Made by a program: the position numbers and the translations under genes
Shown: positions 28,021 through 37,800 of the stretch, piece after piece
How positions within the stretch are numbered: the stretch's first letter is position 1
Layout of the letters: the number at the start of each line of letters is the position of its first letter
Notes under the pieces: model-generated
The model's input: the letters and a program-made list of their open reading frames with translations, nothing else
Databases searched by the model: none
What the model was told of the DNA's origin: nothing
From: Elusimicrobia bacterium GWA2_61_42
GTDB taxonomy: Bacteria; Elusimicrobiota; Elusimicrobia; Elusimicrobiales; UBA9959
Assembly: GCA_001799615.1 (NCBI GenBank)
Contig: MGTU01000009.1
Location: 576 to 64,575 of the forward strand
Reading direction: 5' to 3'
DNA: 64,000 nt

Positions 28021-29017
28021 CACGCTGATCGCTATAATCTTACTGGTGGGGCTGGCGCTGTTCTTCGACTTCCTGAACGGCTTCCACGACGCCGCCAACT
28101 CCATAGCTACCATCGTCGCCACCCGCGTGCTTACCCCCAAGTACGCGGTCATGTGGGCGGCTTTCTTCAACTTCATCGCCTTCGCCTTCTTCGGTCTGCA
28201 CGTGGCCGGAACTATAGGCAAAGGCATAGTGGATATCGCCCAGGTGGACAGTTACGTCATCTTCGGCACGCTCATGGGCGCCTGTTCGTGGAACCTCATA
28301 ACCTGGTATTTCGGCATACCGTCCAGCTCCTCGCACGCGCTGGTGGGCGGGCTTATCGGCGCCGCCCTCGTAAAGTCCGGCCCGACCGCGCTGGTTATGA
28401 AGGGCATAATAAAGACCGTCGCCTTCATCGTCATCTCGCCGGTGGTGGGCATGCTGCTGGGGCTGCTGCTGGGTGTTATCGTTTACCGGTTGTTCGCGCG
28501 GTCTACGCCGACCAAGGTGGACCACCTGTTCCGCAAGGGGCAGCTGCTTTCCGCCGCGGCCTACAGCCTGGGCCATGGCGGCAACGACGCGCAGAAGACC
28601 ATGGGTATCATCGGCGGCCTGCTGTTCAGCGCCGGCTACCTGGGCACGGAATTCCACATACCTCTGTGGATAGTGCTGTCCTGCCACGCGGCGATAGCGC
28701 TGGGCACCATGTCCGGCGGCTGGCGCATAGTTAAGACCATGGGCAACAAGCTTTCCAAGCTGCGCCCCGTGGACGGTTTCTGCGCCGAGTTCGGCGCTTC
28801 CCTGGTGCTGTTCGGCGCTTCCGCCATAGGCGTGCCCATAAGCACCACGCATACCATAACCGGCGCCATAGTGGGCGTGGGTACGCTGAAGGGAATACGC
28901 GCGGTGAAGTGGGGAGTGGCCGGCAATATAGTCTGGGCCTGGATCATAACCATCCCGGCCGCGGCGGCTATCTCGGCCGCCTGCTATCAGCTGGGCATAA
29001 TGGCGTTCAAAGGCTGA
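28013..29017 (+). CDS. pit: Inorganic phosphate transporter, PiT family
   Basis: Contains GFHDAANSIAT and GHGGNDAQKTMGI signature repeats. The protein is polytopic. Confidence 0.9.
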   Translation: MDSTLIAIILLVGLALFFDFLNGFHDAANSIATIVATRVLTPKYAVMWAAFFNFIAFAFFGLHVAGTIGKGIVDIAQVDSYVIFGTLMGACSWNLITWYFGIPSSSSHALVGGLIGAALVKSGPTALVMKGIIKTVAFIVISPVVGMLLGLLLGVIVYRLFARSTPTKVDHLFRKGQLLSAAAYSLGHGGNDAQKTMGIIGGLLFSAGYLGTEFHIPLWIVLSCHAAIALGTMSGGWRIVKTMGNKLSKLRPVDGFCAEFGASLVLFGASAIGVPISTTHTITGAIVGVGTLKGIRAVKWGVAGNIVWAWIITIPAAAAISAACYQLGIMAFKG

Positions 29018-29038
29018 GGAGAGTTTAACGGTGTGAAA

Positions 29039-29068
29039 GCCCGGAAGGAGAGCCTTCCGGGCTTTTTT
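29039..29068. terminator. Bidirectional intrinsic terminator shared by pit (+) and the convergent histidine kinase (-)
   Basis: The stem gcccggaagg-agag-ccttccgggc is followed by TTTTTT on the plus strand. The kinase stop codon lies in the T-tract. Confidence 0.8.
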
Positions 29069-30395
29069 ATGTCCGGAGGGCGCGGCCGTCTTCCGCTTTC
29101 AGCGCCGGCCCGCTTTCTATGGGGAGGGAGAAGTAAAAACAAGAATTCTTGCCGGCTTCGCTTTTAACTTCCAGCGCGCTGCCGTGCAGCAGCAGCATGT
29201 CGCTGCAGACCTTGAGCCCGAGCCCGAAGCCTTCGGCCGCTTCCCGGCCTTCGCCTGTCCTGAAAAATTCGGTCTTGATCTTCTCGATGTCGGCGGCGCT
29301 GATGCCGCGGCCGGAATTTTCTATGTAAAAAGTTACATAGCCCGCTTTTTCTGCGTGCGGCGCCAGCCTGATCTTGATGCTGCCGTCCGCCCGGGTATAT
29401 TTAACGGCGTTGCCGACCAGGTTGGAGATAACGAGCGCGAGCGCCTCGTGGTCGGCGCTCACTATGGCCGGTTCCGGAGGCATGTCCAGGGAAAAGGAGA
29501 TATTCTTCTTTTTCATCAGCTCTTCCATGGCCGCCGCGGAGGAACGGACCAGGTCGCGCAGCGCCAGCGGCCTCTTGTCCACGGTGAACTTTCCCGCTTC
29601 CATCCGGGCTTCGTTCAGAACGTTCTTTACAAAGCGCCTCAGGGAGCCCCGCTCGTAGTCGAGGGCTTTATACAGTCCCGCCCTCGCGGCGTTGCTCTTT
29701 TCAGGCTCGGATTCCTCCAGCATGAAAACCGCCGCGTCTATAACGGTAAGCGCGTTATTGAACTCGTGGCTGACGGCGTGCACCATCGCTGATTTCAGCG
29801 CGGCGGCCTTCTGCTCCTGCCGTATCAGCGCCCTCATCTCGAACAGCAGCGCTATGGTGAGCAGCGCCGCCAGGAAGATCAGCAGCAGCTTGTGCCGGGC
29901 GGGGGCCAGGCGGTATTCTATGGTCTCGCTGTTGGCCGCTACGGCCACGGTGCCGACCCGGCTGGTCCCGACCAGTATGGGCTCCGAAAAATACATATAG
30001 TCCTGTCCGTCGCCGCCTTTGAAGATCTGCGTCAAAGGGGTTTTGGCGTTCCTGGCCGCCGTTCCTTCGGGGCTGTCGTCCTTGTCTCCTATGCTTTCAG
30101 GGTCGGAATGGGATCGTATCTTTCCGGATTTGTCGGAAACCGCGGCGTACTTTATGACAGGCTCCAGCATCATGGTGTTCACAAGCAGGTGCAGCACGAA
30201 CAGGTCCTCCCTGGGAAACATGGCCGCCCCGGCCCTTTTGGATAAGACCCCGGCGCGCACGCGCATATCCTCGTAGACGGAATTGCGCGCGTCTTCAAGA
30301 ATGAGGCTGGCGGTCCCCAGGATCAGCAGCACGACCAACGAGGTGATGATGAGCGAGACATTTATGGCCGTCTCGCGGAGCTTGCCCGGTTTCAT
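29067..30395 (-). CDS. Sensor histidine kinase with about 150-aa periplasmic domain; no adjacent response regulator
   Basis: Two TM helices. H-box VSHEFNNALT, N-box NLVGNAVKYT, G-boxes ENSGRGI and GFGLGLKV. Confidence 0.85.
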   Translation of the reverse strand: MKPGKLRETAINVSLIITSLVVLLILGTASLILEDARNSVYEDMRVRAGVLSKRAGAAMFPREDLFVLHLLVNTMMLEPVIKYAAVSDKSGKIRSHSDPESIGDKDDSPEGTAARNAKTPLTQIFKGGDGQDYMYFSEPILVGTSRVGTVAVAANSETIEYRLAPARHKLLLIFLAALLTIALLFEMRALIRQEQKAAALKSAMVHAVSHEFNNALTVIDAAVFMLEESEPEKSNAARAGLYKALDYERGSLRRFVKNVLNEARMEAGKFTVDKRPLALRDLVRSSAAAMEELMKKKNISFSLDMPPEPAIVSADHEALALVISNLVGNAVKYTRADGSIKIRLAPHAEKAGYVTFYIENSGRGISAADIEKIKTEFFRTGEGREAAEGFGLGLKVCSDMLLLHGSALEVKSEAGKNSCFYFSLPIESGPALKAEDGRALRT

Positions 30396-30682
30396 GGCTT
30401 AGTGACGGAGATCCTTCTGATCTTTTCCCGTAGCTCCAGGGCTGGCGGATAGGAGGGGTGGATAGCGGAGATCTCGTTCAGGTTTTTCAGGGACAGGGCC
30501 AGTTCATTATTAGTGTAAGCGCCTACGGCCTTATAATACAGCTGTTCCACTTTCCTGGTGTTCTCTTCGGAAAGCCTTACCGGAGCCTCTTTTTTAGCCG
30601 GCGCGGTCTTCCAGGCCGCCGGAAAGCAGCCGCACAGGAGGAGGGGGAGGAGAAGGTGAAAAAGATGTTTGTTGTGCCGCAT
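30392..30682 (-). CDS. Small lipoprotein, unknown function
   Basis: Lipobox LLLCGC in MRHNKHLFHLLLPLLLCGC. Its stop overlaps the kinase start (ATGA). Confidence 0.6.
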   Translation of the reverse strand: MRHNKHLFHLLLPLLLCGCFPAAWKTAPAKKEAPVRLSEENTRKVEQLYYKAVGAYTNNELALSLKNLNEISAIHPSYPPALELREKIRRISVTKP

Positions 30683-30759
30683 ATTGGACTAAAAGCCGCG
30701 CCGCAGGTCCCTTGCTTGGTGTTTGACCCGGGTTTTTTTGCCTCACTCGTTTTTCAAGC

Positions 30760-31545
30760 TCAAAACCGGCGGCTCACGCCGGCGCTCAGCCCCGCGTCCG
30801 GGCTGCCGTCGGAAAGTCCCAGCAGCAGGCCGCCGGAATAGCGGTTGCCGTCGGCGGCCTTGTAGTCCAGGGAGAAACTGAGGTCCCTGGGGTCCGAGTT
30901 CCCGTCCAGCAGCGCGCTGCGGGTCTCATAAAGGACGGTCAGGGTCAGGTCGGCGGCCACCGGCCGGGAAAAACCTATGTCGAAGGACAGCTGGTTGCTG
31001 TAATCTATGCCGGCGGGGTCGCCGATGATCGTGTAATACCCGTCGGCCAGCAGTGTAAAGCGCGGCGAGATCTTCTTGGCTAATTCCAGCCCCAGGCCTT
31101 CGTCCAGTTCGCCGGTCCCCAGGCCCTTATGCTCGTTGGCTGTGGGCAGTTTCAGCAGCCCGGCCAGGGACAGGTCGAAAGAGCGCGGCCCTTCCTCCTT
31201 GACCACGTAGCCGCCGCGCACCAGTATGTCCCCGGGGCCGGACTCGCAGGAACCCGCCGGCGCCTGGGTTTTTCCCGCGGCGCGCGCCGGCCTGCCTCCC
31301 ACCCGGGTGACCCGGCCGGTAGAACTCTGGCGCAGCCAGGGCACGGTCACCGACAGGTCCGCGTAGCCGTAATAGCGCTTGAGGGTGAAAGGGATGTAGA
31401 CGGAATCGGTCCTGTCGCTGGTCCCGTACTTGCCCGTGTCATAATTTACGGAAGAGCTGACTTTCCAGTCCTCCGCCGCGGAGGCGGCGGGCAGCAGCGC
31501 GCAGGCGGCCGCCAGGCAGGCCTTCGCCGTTAACAAATATTTCAT
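30760..31545 (-). CDS. Outer-membrane beta-barrel protein (MetA/phenol-degradation-like transporter family)
   Basis: Signal peptide ...LLPAASA-AE, alternating beta-strand pattern, and a C-terminal ...GVSRRF aromatic terminus. Confidence 0.65.
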   Translation of the reverse strand: MKYLLTAKACLAAACALLPAASAAEDWKVSSSVNYDTGKYGTSDRTDSVYIPFTLKRYYGYADLSVTVPWLRQSSTGRVTRVGGRPARAAGKTQAPAGSCESGPGDILVRGGYVVKEEGPRSFDLSLAGLLKLPTANEHKGLGTGELDEGLGLELAKKISPRFTLLADGYYTIIGDPAGIDYSNQLSFDIGFSRPVAADLTLTVLYETRSALLDGNSDPRDLSFSLDYKAADGNRYSGGLLLGLSDGSPDAGLSAGVSRRF

Positions 31546-31739
31546 GAAACCTCCGCGCCGTGCAGTTTTATTCTTACCGGGACCGGAAAAAGCCGGCTTT
31601 CAGCCGGACAGAGCCCTTAAACATACAAATTAAAAAAAATCGACTTGCCAAGTCAACTCGTTTTCGGCTTCTCACTGAATTGTAATAGTATCAGTTTAGG
31701 GGTCGGCGTGCGGAAAACGCTCCCTTCGCCTGCGCGCTT

Positions 31740-31768
31740 CTGACCTTTTGGCCTTGATATTGTATAAT
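31740..31768 (+). promoter_or_regulatory. Candidate promoter of the giant-protein operon
   Basis: CTGACC, then 17 nt, then TATAAT (31763..31768, preceded by TG). A GAGGTG SD lies at about 31798, ahead of the ATG at 31809. Confidence 0.35.
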
Positions 31769-31808
31769 AGGTCATCTTATTAAGGCAGAATTCCCAACGA
31801 GGTGCTAA

Positions 31809-34800
31809 ATGCGCAATTTTCTGGCAATCTCCGTCTCTTTCCTTTTTTTATTGTTGCCTTTCCCCCAGGACGTTTCAGCCCAGACAGACAGCCCGGATCC
31901 TTTCTCCAAATTTAAAAACCGCGTAAAAGCCGACCGGCAAATGACCGGGGGCGCCGACCAGTGGAAAGCGCTGAGCGCGAAACTGGCGGCGGACCCGCTC
32001 TTCGCGGCGCTGGGCCTGGACAAGCTCGTCTACGACAAAGGCAACCAGCTGACCTACGACTTCGACCTGTCCCTCGGCGGCGAAGAGCTGGACCTGAAAG
32101 GCACGCTGACCTTCGACCCGCAGGCGGCCGACGGCGCCCCGGCGGCCAGCCTGACCTCCAAGGCCGAATCCCGCACCTCCGACGACCTGGTGGACATCGG
32201 CGCGCTGCACGCCACCTCGGCCAGCCTGGACGTAGTGGTCTACAAGGAAGCCGGCGCCTACAAGGTCTACGCCCGCGTCATCCCCTACTTCACCAACTAT
32301 AACAAGCCCCCGCTGCCGGGCCTCATGCTCACCAAAACCAAAGCCGGCCTGGATTTCCTGGTCATAGGCGGCAACCTGGCGTTGCGGGACATCCTGCCTT
32401 ACGCCGGGCAGCTGCCGCTCTACAAGCAGTTCGCCTTCGAAAGCCTGGCCAAGAACGGCACGGAGCTCAAGATCAAGGGCTTTGTGAACGGCCGCGAGAT
32501 CTCCGTGACCGCCGATACCGCCCAGAATACCCTGCGCCTCACCGGCCAGGGCCTGGTGCTGGCTGATTTCTACCCCGAAGCCTCCGCCTTCACCTATCTC
32601 TCCAACTTCGCCTTCGAAAGCTACTACCAGTCCCCCGCGGCCGGCATGGCCGTCGGCGGCACGGTGAACGGCAGGAAGGTCACCGTGGCCCGCGGTGGAG
32701 ACAAGACTTCTTTCGTGGTGACAGCCGCCGGCCTTAAACTGGCCGACTTCGTGCCCGCGGCGGCGCAGGTGCCCGTGCTCGCCAACTTCTCCTTCACCGG
32801 CCTTATCTGGGCGCCCGGTTCCCTTACCGTCAACGGCACCATCGGCGGCAAGAGCGCCGCGGTGGTCTCCGACAGCGCGGGGCAGACCCTCACCGTAACC
32901 GGCGACGCCCTTAAGCTGCAGGACTTCCTCCCCGAAGCCGCCGCTCTGCCCGTACTCGCCGCTTTCGACTTCCTGCGCCTGGAGCAGGCCCCGGCCGGTT
33001 TCTCCGTGCTGGGCCACATCAACGGCGGAGAAGTTACCGTTACAAAGGGCGCGGCGCCCAAAACCTACACCGTAACCTCTACCGGCCTTAAGCTGGCCGA
33101 CTTCATCCCTACAGCGTCCAAAGTGCGGTTCCTCGACGCTTTCGAATTCGTCAGCGCCGGCCGCTCGCCGACGGCTACCCAGGTGACCGGGCGCGTCAGC
33201 GGCAAGAACGTTACCGTCGAAAGCGGCCCGGCGGGGGCTTTCACCCTCACCGGCGAAGGGCTTACGCTCAGCGACCTCGTCCCCGAAGCGTCCAGCCTGG
33301 CCTCGCTCAATAATTTCGTGTTCGAAAAATATGATTACGCCGCCGGCAACACCACGGTGTCCGGCAAGGTGCGGGGCAAAGCCCTGCTGGTGAAGAAAAG
33401 CGCCGGCGACAAGGCGCTGCTCATCAGCGGCGAAGACCTGAAGCTCGCCGACTTCGTAGCCGAAGCTTCGCAGCTTACCTACCTCGATACTTTCGCCCTG
33501 GACACGGTCAAGTGTTCTCCCGACGAATTCATCGTCAACGGCAAGGTGAACGCCAAAGCCGTGACCATAGACGACCACACTACCAGCAATATCTTCACGG
33601 TTACCGGCGAAGCGCTGAAGCTGGCCGATTTTATACCGGACGCGAAGAACCTGACCTACCTCAACACCTTCGCCTTCGACAGCCTTACCCATACGGCCGA
33701 CGGCATCGCCGTGGCGGGCCGCGTGAACGGCAAAGGCGTAACGGTCAGCCATACCCTGGCGGACAAGACCTTCACGGTGAAGGGCGACAATCTCAAGCTG
33801 GCGGATTTCATCCCGGCGGCGGTCAAGATCTCTTACCTGAACGGCTTCACCTTCCTGGAGCTGGATTACTCCGAGACCGAAATTAAAGTAGCCGGCACGG
33901 TGAACGCCAAGAACATCGCGGTGGTGCAGGACCTGGCCACCAAGATGTTCACGCTGACCGGTTCCGCGCTGCAGCTGACGGACTTTGTGCCGGCGGCCAG
34001 GAATCTCCCCTACCTGCAGAAGTTCGACCTGAACCGCGTGCAGCAGCGCCCCAACGGCGCGCTGGTGAACGGCGACATAGACGGCAAAGCGCTGAGCGTG
34101 GACGCCGACCTGGACGCCAATACCTTCAAGATCACGGGCGCCGACCTGCTCCTTAAGGACTTCGTCCCGCAGGTTTCCGGGTGGTCTTACCTGAATAACT
34201 TCAAGTTCGACAGCCTGCTCTCGACGCTTACCGACGTCACCGTGACCGGCAAGGTGGGCGACAAGGCGGTCTACGTCAAGAAGACGCTGAATTCCCCGAA
34301 TTTCATGGTGACCGGCGACGACCTGACGCTGGTGGACTTCATCCCCGAGGCGGCCGAGGTGCCCTGCGTGAGCGCCTTCGCGCTGGACAGCGTGCAGCGC
34401 TCGGACACCGACGCTTCCATCGCCGGCAAAGTCGACGGCAAGCCCGTCGGTATAACCACTACTTTCGCCGACAACTCGATCAAGATGACCGGGCTGGGCC
34501 TGAGCCTGCCCGCGTGCGTGCCGTTCTCTCTGAACCTGCCCGCCCTGAAGTGGTTCACCTTCGGCAGCCTGTTCCATTGGCCGGACAGGATCGAAGTGAA
34601 CGGGACCATCGACGGCAAGGCGGTGAAACTTGTGTGGGTCTTCTCCCCCAAGGTCATAACCGCCACCGGCGACAGCCTTAAGCTGGCCGACTTCATCCCG
34701 GAGACCGCCAGGATCCCGCTCTTAAACTCGTTCGCTTTCCTGAGCATGGAGTATACGGATACTACGTTGACCGTGAGCGGCACGGTGAGAAGCAAGAACG

Positions 34801-37800
34801 TGGCCGCCGTGCGTGACAACGCTGCCAAGAGCATTAAAGTGACCGGCGACGACCTGAAGCTGGCGGACTTCGTGCCCGAGGCGGCTGACGTCCCCTTCCT
34901 GAAAGCTTTCGCTTTCGACAGCCTGGCCTATACCCCGGACTCCATCGTGGTGGAGGGCAAGCTGAGCGCCAAGAAGGTTTCCGTGACGCGGGCTTTCGGC
35001 CCGGCGACCGCTTTCACCGCCACCGGCGAGGGACTTACGCTCAAGGACATCGTCCCCGAGGCGGGCGGCATTAAGGCTTTCGACGCGCTGGCTCTTAATC
35101 TGGTCAGCGTGAGCCCGGAGGCCGTGCAGGTAGCCGGCACGCTGAACGGCAAAGCGGTGAAGTTCGTGCGCACCCGGAACGACAAACCCGTGACCACCGT
35201 TACGGCGGACGGCATGGTGCTGGCGGATATTTACGCCCCGCTGGCCGGCCTGCCCGCCGTGAACGCGGTGGCCGTGGACAAGATCAGCCTGGACGGCACC
35301 AGCGTGGAAGCCGAGGCTAAACTGAACGGCGTGAAGGTGGACGTTATCGCCCACGCCAACCAGAATAACGACGGCGGCTACGTCTCCGTCTTCTTCGACA
35401 CGCTCTCGGCCGCCACCTTCATCCCGGCGGCGCAGGGACATTTGGTCAACGACCTCTTCCTGGAGAAGGCGCTGTTCCTCGTGCAGCCCGCGGGCTCGCC
35501 CGCGCGTGCGGTTACGGCCGCGGACCTGCCCGGCGACCTGCCCAAACTGGTAGCGTGGCCGGCTAACACGTCGATGAACCTGTCGGAAGGCGTGAATTTC
35601 GCCGCCACCATCGCCACGGCCAAGTCCGGCAAGCTCGCCGACGCTTTCAAGACCGTCGGCCTGCCGCCGGTCAGCGTGTTCGTCAAAGGCACGGTTTCCC
35701 AGAATACCTTTAAAGGCATGACCCCGGGCGGAGCGCTGGCCGAAGCCGACAAGCAGGTTATGCTGGCCGGCCTGGACCTGAGCATAGATCTCCCGCTGCC
35801 TACCCTCCCCGCCATCGCGGGCATGGTCACCGTCAAAGGACCGGTCACACTTAACATCGGCGGCGACGCCAGGAACAAGAGCAGCCTGTGGGCGCGCGTG
35901 CCCGCGGCCATAGCCGCTTCCAAGCCTAAGGGCGACCTGGACGTGTCCGTGCAGTTCCAAGTGGACATAGTCGGCGCGGGCATCGGCGAGAAGTTGGACG
36001 CCCTGGTGAGCCTGGACAAAGGCGCGAGCGGCGGTTTAACCCTGCTGGCGCTTTACGAGGGCGCCTGGAAGCAGCCTTTCGGCATCCAGGGCCTGACCCT
36101 GGCCGACGGCGGCTTCGAGTTCGCGCTGGACGGCAAGGACGCGCAGGCCAAGAGCAGCCTGGGCTTCTTCGCCACGGCGCTGATAGGCGGCAAGAACGTG
36201 GCCGTCACCGCCGAACTGAAGCGCGCGGACGGCAAGATCTCGCTGGATTACTTCGAGCTGGACGGCAAGTTCCGCCTGGCCGATTTCCCCGGCGGCAAGA
36301 ACATTCCCTCCGGCGAGAAGTTCGAGCTGGACCAGCTGAAACTTTCGGTCAACGGCATAGAGGCCAAGACCGTGATAGGCGGGAACAAGGTGAACGCCTA
36401 CATGTTCAACGCCGGCGCGGCCGCGACGCCCAACTGGGTCTTCGCCATCAACCAGAAGAACTTCAAGATCACCGAGCTGCTGCCCGCTGCCAAGGCTATC
36501 AAGCCGCTGGCCGCCATGACCATCCCCAACGCGGCGCTGATCCTTTCCGAGAAAGGGCTGAAGAACGCCGACCGCAACAGCCTGGGCGTGATCGCCAGGG
36601 ACATGTTCGACGGCATCCTCGGTAAATCCAACGCGCCGGTCACCCTGCCCGACGGCATAGGCCTGCTGGCGGAGTTCGACCCCAACGCGATGGGCATTGT
36701 GGGTAAAGGGCTTAACGCCATAGGCGTGCATGACGACGCCATTATAATGGGCGCCGTCACCGGAGTATTCCAGGGCCAGGCCGGCGTAATGCTGTCGCTG
36801 AGCATGGAGAGCGCGGGCGCGGCCAAGGGCCTGCCCGGCAAGATCATGACCTTCAAGCCCGGAGTGCCGCCGGCTTACTTCATCCAGTGGGCGGGCGCGG
36901 ACCTGTACGCGGGCCTGAGCACCGCGATGCAGGTGAAAGCCGGCAAGGAGACCATCGACTTCGCCACCAAACTGGAGCTGCAGTTCGGCGAGGCCGGCGC
37001 CGGGGTAAAGATCCTGGGCGAGAAGACCGGGCCCTGGAAGCAGCCTTTCGGCATCAAGGGCCTGACCCTCAATAACCTGAAGATGGACGTGGCCATAACG
37101 CCCGTGGGCGAGGTGCAGTTCGGCCTGGCCGGCGCCGGGGTAAAGATCCTGGGCGAGAAGACCGGGCCCTGGAAGCAGCCTTTCGGCATCAAGGGCCTGA
37201 CCCTCAATAACCTGAAGATGGACGTGGCCATAACGCCCGTGGGCGAGGTGCAGTTCGGCCTGGCCGGCGATCAGCTGTACGGCAACTGCCACGACCTGAA
37301 GTCCAAGGACTGCGTGGACGTGGACCTGGCGATGAGCGTGAAAGTCCCGCTGGAGGCCGGCCTGCCCGACGGCGTGGCCTTCGCCGGCAAGGTGAATCCG
37401 CTGAGCATCCCGGCCCTGATGGAGATAACGGAAACGCTGATGGGCGTGCCCGCGGGCAGCATCGCCAAGCTGCCGGTGCCTTACTTCGAGATCGACAACG
37501 CCCAGCTGGCCTTCGCCACGCCAGGCGCCAGCGACCCGCAGCTGGGGCTGGTAAGCGAGGGCTTCGCCTTCGCCGGCAACTTCTTCTTCATGAACAAGAA
37601 TCTGGGGAAGGTAACGGGCGCCGGCGGGCCCGGCGGCCTCAGGATCAAGGGCGCTATCGGCGACATCGACCTGGAAGTTCTGAAGTTCACGGATAATACC
37701 ATCGACATTTCCGTCAACCAGGTCCCCAAATACGTCATCAACGCCAACGTGACCCTGCTGGGCGCGCCCCAGAAGGTGGCCATCGACATCGAGCCGCCGC

